A DNA stretch of 56,167 bases from a bacterium. Lineage in GTDB: Bacteria; Patescibacteriota; Dojkabacteria; JAKAPS01; JAJZLI01. The notes beneath the pieces were generated by a model that was given only the letters and a program-made list of their open reading frames with translations, searched no databases and had not been told where the DNA came from. The stretch covers positions 11,582 to 67,748 of the forward strand of contig JAJYWX010000028.1 in assembly GCA_021791275.1 (NCBI GenBank). The letters run 5' to 3'. The position numbers and the translations under genes are program-made. Below are positions 1-8,636 of the stretch, one piece after another. Position 1 is the first letter of the stretch. Each line of letters starts with the position of its first letter.

Positions 1-108
1 TTTGCTGTTAAATTTTTAATGAAATATTTTGAAAAAGGTACATTAAAGCCATATGCTTACTATTCGATTATTGCGGGTTTAATATCCTTATTAATTTTTA
101 TACGATAA
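1..108 (+). CDS. 3' end of a membrane-protein gene entering from the left edge; C-terminus resembles undecaprenyl-diphosphatase (UppP/BacA)
   Basis: Frame 1 is open from nt 1 to TAA at 106-108 (FAVKFLMKYFEKGTLKPYAYYSIIAGLISLLIFIR). The hydrophobic tail has a K-P-[FY]-A-x-Y pattern that I associate with UppP C-termini. Only 35 aa are visible. Confidence 0.35.
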   Translation, partial: FAVKFLMKYFEKGTLKPYAYYSIIAGLISLLIFIR

Positions 109-109
109 A

Positions 110-529
110 TTACCTATCTAATACTCTATTAAAATCTTGATCATAACCAAAAGCACCTTCTTTTATTACTTTCCCATATTTATCATATATTACATAAGTT
201 TTTGATGTTTCTTCATCTTTAGTTTCGGTTGTATATTTAATTCTATTACCTCTTTTTCCGTAAGGTATCTCTTCGGAAAGAGAAGAGTATACAACTTCTC
301 CGTTCTTATATGTAGCTTCTGATTGAACTTCCCTTTTATCCTTAGGATTCTGCATTTCTGATCTTATATGAAGAATTTTTTTCCCATCTTTATCAGTAAA
401 TCTTTTTGTAACGGTTGTCATGTAAGAGCCGTTTTCTTCTCTTCGTGTTATCTCTTCTATAGAACCATCCTCTCTTTTTATAACTGTTGTTTCTCCTATT
501 GAAGAGAATTCTATTTCTAATGCACTCAT
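110..529 (-). CDS. hypothetical soluble protein (139 aa)
   Basis: Complete ORF in the track. It is charged and beta-rich with loosely repeated G-x-x-E/K motifs. I recognised no family. Confidence 0.5.
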   Translation of the reverse strand: MSALEIEFSSIGETTVIKREDGSIEEITRREENGSYMTTVTKRFTDKDGKKILHIRSEMQNPKDKREVQSEATYKNGEVVYSSLSEEIPYGKRGNRIKYTTETKDEETSKTYVIYDKYGKVIKEGAFGYDQDFNRVLDR

Positions 530-660
530 AATTTTATATTAATATAAAACAGAAAAGTTTACACCCCACAAGCTTGATTGTCAAATGTATAGCATAATTG
601 GGATAAAGTTGGATATGAAATTTTTTATTTTGACAGATTTTATATACAGATTAATAAGAT

Positions 661-747
661 CGGAGAGGGTGGGATTCGAACCCACGAGGAGCTTTCACCC
701 CTGACAGTTTTCAAGACTGTTACCTTCAACCGCTCGGTCACCTCTCC
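661..747 (-). tRNA. tRNA-Ser (anticodon UGA), type II with long variable arm
   Basis: The reverse complement reads GGAGAGGTGACCGAGCGGTTGAAGG...ACAGT-CTTGAAA-ACTGT...GGGTTCGAATCCCACCCTCTCCG. The acceptor, D, anticodon and T arms pair, and the loop CTTGAAA gives anticodon TGA. Confidence 0.9.
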
Positions 748-805
748 TTATGAATGAAAGTTATTATACAAAATTAGTATCAGTAAATCTAGCAAAACCT
801 TTATT

Positions 806-893
806 CGGAGAGAGCAAGATTCGAACTTGCGATTCTTTATTAAAGAATACTGTTTTTCGAGAACAGCCTGATAAACCACTCCAGCATCTCTCC
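806..893 (-). tRNA. tRNA-Ser (anticodon CGA), type II with long variable arm
   Basis: The reverse complement reads GGAGAGATGCTGGAGTGGTT...CTGTT-CTCGAAA-AACAG, then the variable arm ATTCTTTAATAAAGAAT, then GCAAGTTCGAATCTTGCTCTCTCCG. Confidence 0.88.
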
Positions 894-903
894 CCCTTTA
901 TCA

Positions 904-977
904 TGCTTCTGATAGGATTCGAACCTATACTCTCCAGATCCGCAATCTGGTGCTTTATCCAATTAAGCTACAGAAGC
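904..977 (-). tRNA. tRNA-Arg (anticodon GCG)
   Basis: The reverse complement reads GCTTCTGTAGCTTAATTGGATAAAGCA-CCAGA-TTGCGGA-TCTGG-AGAGT-ATAGGTTCGAATCCTAT-CAGAAGCA. It forms a 74-nt cloverleaf with anticodon loop TTGCGGA. Confidence 0.85.
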
Positions 978-984
978 ATAATTA

Positions 985-1563
985 TTACATCTTTATATAC
1001 TTTCCGTCTATTATTTGAGAAAAGAAATTTTGTTTTTTCTTAAATTCTTTATATTCAAGATATTCTGATAATATTTTATAAATATCTTTTTTCTGTTTTT
1101 CATCTACCAGATAAACTAGTCTTGCTGGTAAGCTATATTTTGTGTCTATATTTAAGACTATTTGCTCTCCTCTTTGGGAAAACCAAAAATCTGTTAAATC
1201 TTCATAGTCATAATCTTTTTGAAACCACTCAACATTCACATCTGTAATTTTGTGATTTATTGTATCTGGTGGAAATGTAACCATTGCATATATTACAAAA
1301 CCAAGTCCGAAGATAACCAGAATTGTCAAATATTCTTTTATAAAAAGAAGTATTACTATTATTACAAGTAACCACAAATAAACTGTGAAAAGTTTTTCTC
1401 TTTCCCATCTTTTAAAAACTCTAGCGGGAGATGACCACTCATAAAGTACGGTTGGTTTTCTATGTACTCTCTTCTTTCTATCTTCTTCCTGAGATATTTC
1501 AGACTTCAAGCTTTCAAGTTCCCTTTCTAATTGTTCTATTTTGGTCTTTTTATTGTCAGCCAT
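985..1563 (-). CDS. hypothetical membrane protein (N-terminal coiled coil, two TM helices)
   Basis: Complete ORF. It has a charged N-terminus (KIEQLERELESLKSEISQEE) followed by the hydrophobic stretch LFTVYLWLLVIIVILLFIKEYLTILVIFGLGFVIYAMV. Confidence 0.6.
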   Translation of the reverse strand: MADNKKTKIEQLERELESLKSEISQEEDRKKRVHRKPTVLYEWSSPARVFKRWEREKLFTVYLWLLVIIVILLFIKEYLTILVIFGLGFVIYAMVTFPPDTINHKITDVNVEWFQKDYDYEDLTDFWFSQRGEQIVLNIDTKYSLPARLVYLVDEKQKKDIYKILSEYLEYKEFKKKQNFFSQIIDGKYIKM

Positions 1564-1609
1564 TACTAACTTTATTGAATTAATGTAATATTACCAATAT
1601 ACTATATAT

Positions 1610-4378
1610 ATGTCCCAAAAAGATAATACATTATTTTACCATTCATTATACCCGTCTATTTTCAAAAAAACACTAGATGAGGAAAGTTTCCTCTATTCTC
1701 TAACTTCTGATGAGGTGGTTAAAATCTTAGAAACGGATAAAGATAAAGGTTTAGATTCTAAGAAAGCAGAAGAGCTAATAAATGAACATGGAGAGAATAG
1801 ACTGAGAGTAAAAAGAACTTTTAGCGGTGTCAATATATATATTTCTCAGTTCAAGGATTTTTTACAGCTACTTCTTCTTATTGCTGCACTTGCAGGTTTT
1901 TTAACTGGACAGTATGTGGTTGGTATAGTACTTTTACTTTTAATACTTTTTAACTCAACTGTCGGATTTTTACAGGAGTATAGTGCTAATAAAACTGTAG
2001 AATCTTTAGAGAAGTTGATTTCTAAAAAAACTACAGTTTTAAGAGATGGAAATATCCAAAATATTGACTCTTCTCTTTTGGTTCCTGGGGATATAATAAT
2101 TTTAAGAGCTGGAGATGATGTGCCTGCAGATTCAAGGCTTATTGAAGTTTCAGATCTAGAGTGTTTAGAGTCATCCATTACGGGAGAAAATAAGCCAGTA
2201 TTAAAGTCAGAGTCTCCTCATCCAAAAACAAAATTATCGATTTTCGAAGTATCAAATCTTATATTTATGGGGACCACAGTTGTTGCAGGAGAAGGAAAGG
2301 CTGTTGTTGTTGGTACAGGAATAAATACCGAATTTGGAAAGATCGCACTAACAACACAAAATGAAGTTAAGGGAAAATCTCCTTTACAGAAAGAAATATT
2401 TAAAACAGGAGAGTATCTTCTTATTATAGCCCTATTCGTTGGAATAATAGCTTTCATAATAAACTATTTTTATGCACAGCTTTCCATAGAGAATACACTT
2501 CTTTTATCCTTGGGGCTTGCAGTAGGTGTTGTTCCAGAGGGATTGCCATCTACAGTTACTGCTGCACTTGCTATAGCACTTAAAAAACTTTCTAAAGTAA
2601 ATGTTGTTGTTAAAAAATTAACATCTTCAGAAACCTTGGGTGCATGTAATGTTATTGTTACAGATAAAACAGGAACACTTACAAAAAATGAGATGAGTAT
2701 AAAAAAGATATACTCCCTTAATTCTAAAAAAACTGATTTTTCAATCTCTGGAGTAGGTTATTCTAAAGAAGGTAAGATTACACCTTATTCTATGGAGAGT
2801 GAATTGGCAAATCTTACGGTGGAGTGTTTTTCTTTGTGTAACAACTCTTATTTGACATTTGATAGTTCTGATAAAGGGTATGATTTGGTAGGGGATCCTT
2901 TAGAGGCTTCTTTAATATCTCTTGTTTATAAATTGGGTAAGAATCCAGATAAATTAAGAAAGGATTTTAAAAGAATACTGGAATTTCCATTTGACCCACA
3001 AAGAAAAATGATGTCTGTTCTAGTTATGAAAGATGGCAAAGAGAGAATCTATAGTAAAGGTGCGATTGAGTCAATACTGAAGGCATCTAAATTTATATTA
3101 ATGGATGATAAGAAAGTAAAACTAGACAACCATCTTAAAAATATGATTTTAGAAAAATCCAAAGAATTTGAAGAAGAGACTTTGAGAGTTTTATCTTTTG
3201 CATATAGGGACGTGCAGTCAAATGAATCTGTTAGTAAAAATAATATGGAAAGAGATTTAACTCTTGTAGGGATAGCCGGGATTTTTGATGCACCACGAGA
3301 AGAGGTTCCTAGCGCTGTAATTTCTGCAAAACAAGCTGGAATAAAAATATTTATGTGCACAGGAGACTCTCCAGATGTTGCTCTAAAAATTGGTGAAGAG
3401 GTTAATATAGCTGACAAGGATACTCCAGTTATACTTGGAAAAGATTTTCATAAAATGAAAGATGAAGATATCGAGAAAATTTTATTATCTGAAAGCGCTA
3501 TTTTTGCAAGGGTAACACCTTTGGATAAGCTTCGGGTTGTAAAACTCTTAAAATCCCAAGGTAATGTTGTAGCAGTGACAGGGGACGGGGTAAACGATGC
3601 TCCAGCTCTAAAGGCTGCAGATATAGGCGTTGCTATGGGAATTACCGGAACAGATGTGGCAAAAGAGAGTGCAGATATGATACTTTTAAATGATAGTTTT
3701 TCTTCGATTGTTTATGCAATAAAAGAGGGAAGAATTATTTATGATAATATAAAGAAATTTATTCGATTTACTGTTGCCATAGATATAGCTGAGATGCTTT
3801 CAGTATTCTTTGCATCTATATTAAAATTTCCTCCAATAATGTATGTATTACAAATTCTTACTATAGATTTAATTGTAAATATAATACCTGCACTAATTCT
3901 TGCATCTGATATAGCAGATCCAGATATAATGTTTAGAAAACCTAGGAGTAAAAATTCACACCTTTTTGACAAGGAGACGGTAATACCAATTATGATTAAT
4001 GGTACAATAATAGCTATATTTGCAGTTATAATATTTTATATAACACTAAAGAAGTTTGGAAATTATAATATGGCAACAACTGCAGCATACTCAACGTTGG
4101 TCTTTTCTCAGATAGCCAACCTATTAAGTTCAAGATCATACAAGTTTTCAATTACTACATTCCATTTAAAATCATATGGGAAAATATTTTTAGGAATAAT
4201 TGCAATAATAATATTTCAGTCTTTCTTTATATACACACATTTTGCAAATAGTATTATTCATACATATCCTCTAAATATATCAATAATATTTCTCTACATT
4301 ATAGTAATAATATTACTTCTAATATTTGAAGAGTTTAGGAAATTTATCATAAGGAAGTTTAATTTTGATTCTCAGTGA
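1610..4378 (+). CDS. P-type cation-transporting ATPase (type II, Ca2+/Mg2+-like)
   Basis: Contains the phosphorylation motif DKTGTLT, the TGES-like motif ITGENKP, the hinge motif TGDGVNDAPALKAADIGVAMG and about 10 TM segments in 922 aa. Confidence 0.92.
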   Translation: MSQKDNTLFYHSLYPSIFKKTLDEESFLYSLTSDEVVKILETDKDKGLDSKKAEELINEHGENRLRVKRTFSGVNIYISQFKDFLQLLLLIAALAGFLTGQYVVGIVLLLLILFNSTVGFLQEYSANKTVESLEKLISKKTTVLRDGNIQNIDSSLLVPGDIIILRAGDDVPADSRLIEVSDLECLESSITGENKPVLKSESPHPKTKLSIFEVSNLIFMGTTVVAGEGKAVVVGTGINTEFGKIALTTQNEVKGKSPLQKEIFKTGEYLLIIALFVGIIAFIINYFYAQLSIENTLLLSLGLAVGVVPEGLPSTVTAALAIALKKLSKVNVVVKKLTSSETLGACNVIVTDKTGTLTKNEMSIKKIYSLNSKKTDFSISGVGYSKEGKITPYSMESELANLTVECFSLCNNSYLTFDSSDKGYDLVGDPLEASLISLVYKLGKNPDKLRKDFKRILEFPFDPQRKMMSVLVMKDGKERIYSKGAIESILKASKFILMDDKKVKLDNHLKNMILEKSKEFEEETLRVLSFAYRDVQSNESVSKNNMERDLTLVGIAGIFDAPREEVPSAVISAKQAGIKIFMCTGDSPDVALKIGEEVNIADKDTPVILGKDFHKMKDEDIEKILLSESAIFARVTPLDKLRVVKLLKSQGNVVAVTGDGVNDAPALKAADIGVAMGITGTDVAKESADMILLNDSFSSIVYAIKEGRIIYDNIKKFIRFTVAIDIAEMLSVFFASILKFPPIMYVLQILTIDLIVNIIPALILASDIADPDIMFRKPRSKNSHLFDKETVIPIMINGTIIAIFAVIIFYITLKKFGNYNMATTAAYSTLVFSQIANLLSSRSYKFSITTFHLKSYGKIFLGIIAIIIFQSFFIYTHFANSIIHTYPLNISIIFLYIIVIILLLIFEEFRKFIIRKFNFDSQ

Positions 4379-4408
4379 AAATTTGATATATTCTAAAGAT
4401 ATATAATT

Positions 4409-5500
4409 ATGTATGAGTTAATACCATCAGAAAAGTATCTGGATGACCTTCTCTCATTTTCTAAAAAAGCAAAAGAGAGAATATATATACAGGCAATGCA
4501 TGTTGTTTTTAATGACAAGTTTTCTGAATTTATAAATGAGCTAATTTCGGCAAAGAAAAGAGGAGTTGATGTAAGACTAAATATTGATGATTACTCTAAA
4601 GTATATAATAATCTAGGCCATAGGTATTTGCATATATCAAAAAACAAATTATATAAATGCCAAAAAGATGCAAGCAGAAGTAGGTTTTATATAGATAAAT
4701 TATTAAGAGCAGGAGTAGACGTACTTTTTATTAATGAATATAAATATAACAAAAAATTGGCAGAATATATTCCTTTTTTAGGAAGGAATCATATGAAAAT
4801 TACAGTTATTGACGATATATCATATATAGGTGGTATAAATCTTTCGTCCAAATCTCTTAACTATATTGATTTTATGCTACGTACAAATGATAAATCATTG
4901 TTGGATGCACTAATAGATTTATTCTTTAAAAGTAGAAATAATATAAATTTTAATGATTATAAAATTAACTTAGAAGGAGGGGATACTCTCTTAGTAGATT
5001 CTGGGAAAACCTATAAATCGATAATATATGATACTGTTCTTAAAGAGATCTATAATTCAAAAGATTCTATATTGTACATATCGCAATTTCTCCCTGATTT
5101 TAAAATTTTAAAAGCTTTGAAATTTGTTCAATCAAGGGGAGTAGATGTAAATATAATAACTCATGCAAGTCATGTTTCTGAAAAAAAATATAGAACATTT
5201 GTTGAACATTCAATGTTTAATTTCTCTAACTTGAATATAAGGAATGTATATTTCAGTAAAGATAGGTATGTTCATGCTAAAATGGTAATAATTGATAAGG
5301 GTAAAGAGAGTGAAAGGGCAATATTTGGATCACATAATTTTTCTACATTTGGGGTACTTTTTGGAACTAAAGAGATATCACTTTTGACTAGGAACAAACA
5401 GGTTATAGATATGCTATATCTCTGGTATAATAGTATAAAGCCTGAAGACAATAAATTAGTTAAATACGCTACTCCAGCCCAATCGAGCAAACATATTTAG
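4409..5500 (+). CDS. phospholipase D superfamily protein (two HKD motifs; cardiolipin/phosphatidylserine synthase-like)
   Basis: HKD motif 1 is HMKITVIDDISYIGGINLS and HKD motif 2 is HAKMVIIDKGKESERAIFGSHNFS. Confidence 0.8.
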   Translation: MYELIPSEKYLDDLLSFSKKAKERIYIQAMHVVFNDKFSEFINELISAKKRGVDVRLNIDDYSKVYNNLGHRYLHISKNKLYKCQKDASRSRFYIDKLLRAGVDVLFINEYKYNKKLAEYIPFLGRNHMKITVIDDISYIGGINLSSKSLNYIDFMLRTNDKSLLDALIDLFFKSRNNINFNDYKINLEGGDTLLVDSGKTYKSIIYDTVLKEIYNSKDSILYISQFLPDFKILKALKFVQSRGVDVNIITHASHVSEKKYRTFVEHSMFNFSNLNIRNVYFSKDRYVHAKMVIIDKGKESERAIFGSHNFSTFGVLFGTKEISLLTRNKQVIDMLYLWYNSIKPEDNKLVKYATPAQSSKHI

Positions 5501-5530
5501 GTAGTTAGTATTTTCAGAAGATGATACTTT
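5239..5530 (+). repeat. Repeat X, copy 1 (native 3' end of the PLD gene plus about 30 bp downstream)
   Basis: The same sequence (aaggaatgtatatttcagtaaagataggtatgttcatgc...caaacatatttaggtagtta...) recurs at 8637-8928 and 10603-10862 with only scattered mismatches by eye. Confidence 0.9.
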
Positions 5531-5531
5531 G

Positions 5532-5663
5532 TATATTTAATATTTGGCTATTTGGTGGTATAATGTCCGGGTGAATAATTTTGAAGGTGAACAATTTTTG
5601 CACGGAATGGATAGTACACTGCATACCTCTGTACCGGTGGAACATAGCCAATCTCAAAGACCT
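5532..5663 (+). repeat. 132-bp leader repeat, copy A (promoter plus first codons of the LRR gene)
   Basis: tatatttaatatttggctatttggtggtataatgtccggg...caatctcaaagacct recurs at 9955-10086 with the same length. I saw one small difference, tttttg versus ttcctg. Confidence 0.9.
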
Positions 5664-8576
5664 CCAAGTGAAAGATCTCAGAGACCTAGGGAGAAGATAT
5701 CATCCTGGTTAAGAGTGATAGAAAGAACCCATGGACATGATGATCCAATAGTACAAGAAAGGATAAAAGCATCTTACCATAAAAGGTATGTGATAAAACC
5801 TGGAAACTTTCCAGATGCATATTTTACAAGACAACAAGAGAATGCAAGGAGACAGGGTCTGGGAGATATAGAGATTACGGAGGAGATGAGATCTGAGCAA
5901 ATAGGTATGGCAATAGAGAATCAGAAGAGATCTCTAGATATATGGATAGATTATCTTTTATCATCTGATTCTAGCTATATGCCTACATGGGTAAAATATT
6001 GGGTTTTTACTGGGATGGTAAAGTTAGGAGGATATGATAAAGAGAAGAGGGTTTTTCATCCTCGTAGGATACATACTGTATCAGCTTTTCCGGAATTAAA
6101 TAGAGAAGCTTTAGCTCTTGCAGTAGAACTGATACAAACAAAAGTAAGGGAGCCTGAGATACAAGGGGAGAGAGATAGGATTCTTGCAAGTTCTAATTTT
6201 GGTAAGTATTATGCATATGCGATAGATAAAGTAATACCTACAGGAGATAATAGTAATGAATTACTAAATACAGAAGGAGAATGGGTTAAATGGAAACAGG
6301 GATCTGATTATGGACAATTAGTAGATTCATTACGTGGTATGGGGACAGGATGGTGTACAGCAAATGATGTTGTAGCTAGGAAGCAATTAGAATCTGGAGA
6401 TTTTCATATTTACTATACAAAAGATAAAGAAGGACAATTAACAATGCCAAGGATAGCGATAAGGATGAAAGGGGGGCATATAGCTGAGATAAGAGGTATT
6501 GATAATGATCAGAATATTGATCCATATATTTTAGGTGTTTTAGATGAGAAGTTAGAAGAGTTTGGGGAGGAGGGGGAATTATACAAGGAGAAGGTATCTG
6601 ATATGAGATTGTTAACAAGTATATCTGATAAAGTAGACAATGGGGAGCCACTAAGTATAGAAGAGTTAAGGTTTCTATATGAGATTGATAGACAAATCAT
6701 TGGATTTGGATATGTTAAGGATCCGAGGATATTTGAGATAATAGAGAGGAGGAATATTAGAGAAGATTTGTCATTAATTTTTGGATGTAGGGAAGATCAG
6801 ATTAGTTTAACTGCTGAAGAAGCTATATCTGGAGATATTAGATACCACCATGGAGAACTTTATCTTGGTAATTTAGAATCTGCAGAGGGTTTACAATTAC
6901 CTGAAATTGTAGGAGGATCTCTTGATCTTAGAAATTTGATTTCTGCTGAGGGGGTACAATTACCTGAGAGTGTAGGAGGGGATCTTGATCTTGGTAATTT
7001 AGAATCTGCAGAGGGTTTACAATTACCTGAGAGTGTAGAAGGGGGACTTTATCTTAGTAGTTTAGAATCTGCAGAGGGTTTACAATTACCTGAGAGTGTA
7101 GGAGGGGGACTTTATTTTGGTAATTTGTCTTCTGCTAAGGGTTTACAATTACCTGAACGTGTAGTAGGGAATCTTGATTTTGGTAATTTAGAATCTGTAG
7201 AGGGTTTACAATTACCTGAAAGTGTAGGAGGGGGACTTTATTTTGGTAATTTGTCTTCTGCTAAGGGGTTACAATTACCTGAACATGTAGGAGGGAATCT
7301 TAGTCTTGGGAATTTAGAATCTGCAGAGGGGTTACAATTACCTGAACATGTAGGAGGAAATCTTGATCTTGGTAATTTAGAATCTGCAGAGGGGTTACAA
7401 TTACCTGAACATGTAGGAGGAAATCTTGATCTTGGTAGTTTAGAATCTGCAGAGGGGTTACAATTACCAGAAAGTGTAGTAGGGAATCTTGATCTTAGAC
7501 ATTTGCGTTCTGCTGAGGGGTTACAATTACCTGAACATGTAGGAGGAGATCTTGATCTTAGTAATTTGCGTTCTGCAGAGGGTTTGCGATTACCAGAAAG
7601 TGTAGGAGGGAATCTTAGTCTTGGGAATTTAGAATCTGCAGAGGGGTTACAATTACCAGAAAGTGTGGGATGGAATCTTGAGCTTTCTAATTTAGAATCT
7701 GCAGAAGGGTTACAATTACCTGAAATTGTAGGAGGGGAACTTAATCTTAGTAATTTGCGTTCTGCAGAGGGTTTGCGATTACCTGAAAGTGTAGGAGGGG
7801 GACTTGATCTTGGTAGTTTAGAATCTGCAGAGGGGTTACAATTACCTAAACATGTAGGGGGAGATCTTAATCTTGGTAATTTAGAATCTGCTGAGGGGTT
7901 ACAATTACCAGAACATGTAGTATGGAATCTTAATCTTGGGAATTTGCGTTCTGCTAAAGGGGTACGATTCCCCAAAAATGTGGGATGGAACCTTGGTCTT
8001 GGTAGTTTAGAATCTGCAGAAGGGGTACAATTACCCGAAAGTGTAGGAGGGGATCTTAATCTTAGTAATTTGCGTTCTGCTAAAGGGGCACGATTCCCTG
8101 GAAATGTAGGAGGAAATCTTAATCTTAGTCGTTTAGAATCTGCAGAAGGGTTACAATTACCTGAAATTGTAGGAGGGGCGCTTTATCTTAGTCGTTTAGA
8201 ATCTGCAGAGGGGGTACAATTACCAGAAAGTGTAGGATGGAATCTTGATCTTAGACATTTGCGTTCTGCTAAAGGGGTACGATTCCCTGGAAATGTAGGA
8301 GGAGATCTTAATCTTGATAATTTAGAATCTGCTGAGGGGGTACAATTACCAGAACATGTAGGATGGAATCTTGATCTTAGACATTTGCGTTCTGCTAAAG
8401 GGGCACGATTCCCTGGAAATGTAGGAGGAAATCTTAATCTTAGTCGTTTAGAATCTGCAGAAGGGTTACAATTACCAGAAAGTGTAGGAGGAAGTATTTA
8501 TCTTTTTAGTTTAAAATCTACTGAAGGATTAAATCTTCTAAGGATTGGGGAGGGCAAGTTTACATTGGTGAACTAA
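5544..8576 (+). CDS. LRR-A: repeat protein with an N-terminal domain of about 440 aa of unknown function, then 26 tandem 21-aa leucine-rich-type repeats and a C-terminal cap
   Basis: The track ORF starts at TTG 5544. If the TATAAT at 5559 is the promoter, ATG 5607 (MDSTLHTS...) is the likelier start. The repeat consensus is L-G-N-L-E-S-A-E-G-L-Q-L-P-E-x-V-G-G-N-L-D. No signal peptide is visible. Confidence 0.85.
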   Translation: MAIWWYNVRVNNFEGEQFLHGMDSTLHTSVPVEHSQSQRPPSERSQRPREKISSWLRVIERTHGHDDPIVQERIKASYHKRYVIKPGNFPDAYFTRQQENARRQGLGDIEITEEMRSEQIGMAIENQKRSLDIWIDYLLSSDSSYMPTWVKYWVFTGMVKLGGYDKEKRVFHPRRIHTVSAFPELNREALALAVELIQTKVREPEIQGERDRILASSNFGKYYAYAIDKVIPTGDNSNELLNTEGEWVKWKQGSDYGQLVDSLRGMGTGWCTANDVVARKQLESGDFHIYYTKDKEGQLTMPRIAIRMKGGHIAEIRGIDNDQNIDPYILGVLDEKLEEFGEEGELYKEKVSDMRLLTSISDKVDNGEPLSIEELRFLYEIDRQIIGFGYVKDPRIFEIIERRNIREDLSLIFGCREDQISLTAEEAISGDIRYHHGELYLGNLESAEGLQLPEIVGGSLDLRNLISAEGVQLPESVGGDLDLGNLESAEGLQLPESVEGGLYLSSLESAEGLQLPESVGGGLYFGNLSSAKGLQLPERVVGNLDFGNLESVEGLQLPESVGGGLYFGNLSSAKGLQLPEHVGGNLSLGNLESAEGLQLPEHVGGNLDLGNLESAEGLQLPEHVGGNLDLGSLESAEGLQLPESVVGNLDLRHLRSAEGLQLPEHVGGDLDLSNLRSAEGLRLPESVGGNLSLGNLESAEGLQLPESVGWNLELSNLESAEGLQLPEIVGGELNLSNLRSAEGLRLPESVGGGLDLGSLESAEGLQLPKHVGGDLNLGNLESAEGLQLPEHVVWNLNLGNLRSAKGVRFPKNVGWNLGLGSLESAEGVQLPESVGGDLNLSNLRSAKGARFPGNVGGNLNLSRLESAEGLQLPEIVGGALYLSRLESAEGVQLPESVGWNLDLRHLRSAKGVRFPGNVGGDLNLDNLESAEGVQLPEHVGWNLDLRHLRSAKGARFPGNVGGNLNLSRLESAEGLQLPESVGGSIYLFSLKSTEGLNLLRIGEGKFTLVN
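5556..5564 (+). promoter_or_regulatory. candidate extended -10 promoter element (TGgTATAAT) for the LRR gene
   Basis: A perfect TATAAT sits at 5559-5564 and is preceded by TGn. The -35 region is weak. The element is duplicated at 9979-9987 in front of the truncated copy. Confidence 0.4.
6864..8573 (+). repeat. Coding tandem array of 26 x 63 bp (6864-8501) plus a degenerate terminal unit (8502-8573)
   Basis: The period is exact: 6864 + 26x63 = 8502, which lands on the start of the cap unit (ctttttagtttaaaatct). Adjacent units 7311-7373 and 7374-7436 look identical. Confidence 0.95.
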
Positions 8577-8636
8577 GGTTATAGATTTATCACAATGGCA
8601 AAAAATTGCTGAAAAGATATTCTCTGTACTTATTAA

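Noticed and set aside
750-1043. 97-aa plus-strand ORF in the track
   Set aside because: It runs antisense across two well-folding tRNA genes (806-893 and 904-977) and into the 3' end of the gene at 985-1563. It is almost certainly spurious.
1846-4000. Several 77-122-aa minus-strand ORFs inside the P-type ATPase gene, and similar ones inside ftsK, metG, the ATP-grasp gene and other long genes
   Set aside because: They lie entirely within long ORFs of the opposite strand that carry clear family motifs. Their peptides are low-complexity and have no start context, which is typical of antisense shadows.
5272-5490. 72-aa minus-strand ORFs repeated at 5272-5490, 8670-8888 and 10637-10855
   Set aside because: They are antisense to the conserved PLD C-terminus with HKD motif 2, and they are repeated only because the PLD fragment is repeated. 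There is no independent coding signal.
7238-7975. 245-aa minus-strand ORF (and smaller ones at 6007-6700) inside the LRR gene
   Set aside because: These are shadow ORFs created by the repeat periodicity. The peptide is a low-complexity echo (PSADSKLPR...) of the plus-strand repeat, and the plus-strand frame is far longer and continuous with a non-repetitive N-domain.
6864-8573. A regular 63-bp periodic array that could superficially be taken for a CRISPR array
   Set aside because: There are no unique spacers between the repeats. The units abut directly, keep a single open reading frame for 1.7 kb and translate into a coherent 21-aa protein repeat. No cas genes are nearby.
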